64,000 bases of DNA, from contig NIVC01000172.1 in assembly GCA_002269645.1 (NCBI GenBank), forward strand, positions 582,558-646,557, written 5' to 3'. The stretch comes from Macrostomum lignano. Lineage: Eukaryota. The translations under genes were made by a program, and so were the position numbers. Positions 63,447 to 64,000 of this stretch are shown in pieces (the first letter of the stretch is position 1; each line of letters opens with the position of its first letter). Below the pieces are notes generated by a model. It was not told the origin of the DNA. It saw nothing but the letters and a program-made list of their open reading frames with translations, and searched no databases.

Positions 63447-64000
63447 CTGAAATTGCGCAATAGCAGAGATTCTCTGGTGAGCACAGAGATCAGAGACCTG
63501 CACCGGGCAGCTGCCAATGCCCCAATGAGAACGGTACCCAGGCCAAGAAGCGTCCCAGAGTCGCTTGCATCGCCACAGAGTGGTTGCAGGTAACACAGGT
63601 AAGATAGGAAAGAATTGACTCCAGACGACTCTAAAACGACGAGATGTCACGGTAAAGGTCGCCTAAAAAGTCGTCAAAGAGTTGCTTAAGGCGTTTGTCT
63701 GCGTTTCTTTAATTACTCTGGGGCCGTTGAGCCGTATCTGAGGCGTGCTGGAGTCGCTGAGTTGCGTCTGAAGCGCATCTGCGTCACTTTATGAATCAGA
63801 ATCGCATTTCAGATTTTTAACAACTCTGTTTAGTCTACTGGAGTCAGTAGAAAGTTAAGCGCTAACACAACTACTCTTGGGAGACTTTTTCGCGATTCTT
63901 TTAAACCATTCTGCAAGTCACGTGATGCCCTAGTGACTCAACAGTTGCCTTTCCGTCGCATTGCAGTCGTTCGAGTCGTTAAAAACTCACGAGAGTCGCC

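Noticed and set aside
63610-64000. GAGTC/GACTC-rich segment that may be a transposon end
   Set aside because: Truncated by the window edge; no clear TIR or TSD.

Overview
Eukaryotic (invertebrate) genomic DNA, not prokaryotic. Spliced genes have introns and flanks packed with micro- and minisatellites, a pattern resembling the flatworm Macrostomum (inference only). Mobile elements: an internally deleted Ty3/Gypsy element at the left edge; a complete, ORF-intact RTE-like LINE (11362-15570, 13-bp TSD, (GAA)n tail); a young full-length Ty1/Copia element (26259-30875, near-identical LTRs, 5-bp TSD) broken by an 8-bp duplication; a hAT-type MITE; and a tRNA-derived SINE. Host genes: the 5' part of a neurexin-like LamG-EGF gene, a secreted Tyr/Ser-rich repeat protein, a Q-rich orphan, an RNF19-type RBR E3 ligase, an unknown 3-exon gene with a GC-AG intron, and the last two exons of a myosin V-like gene. 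The most notable system is the 5' end of the RTE-like LINE. It carries a complete HDV-like nested double-pseudoknot ribozyme fold with an extra hairpin inserted in the normally short L3 loop. There is no in-frame AUG downstream of the predicted cut until inside the endonuclease, a 2A/StopGo-like motif (TIEKNPGP) lies just before the APE domain, and the ORF ends in four zinc fingers.
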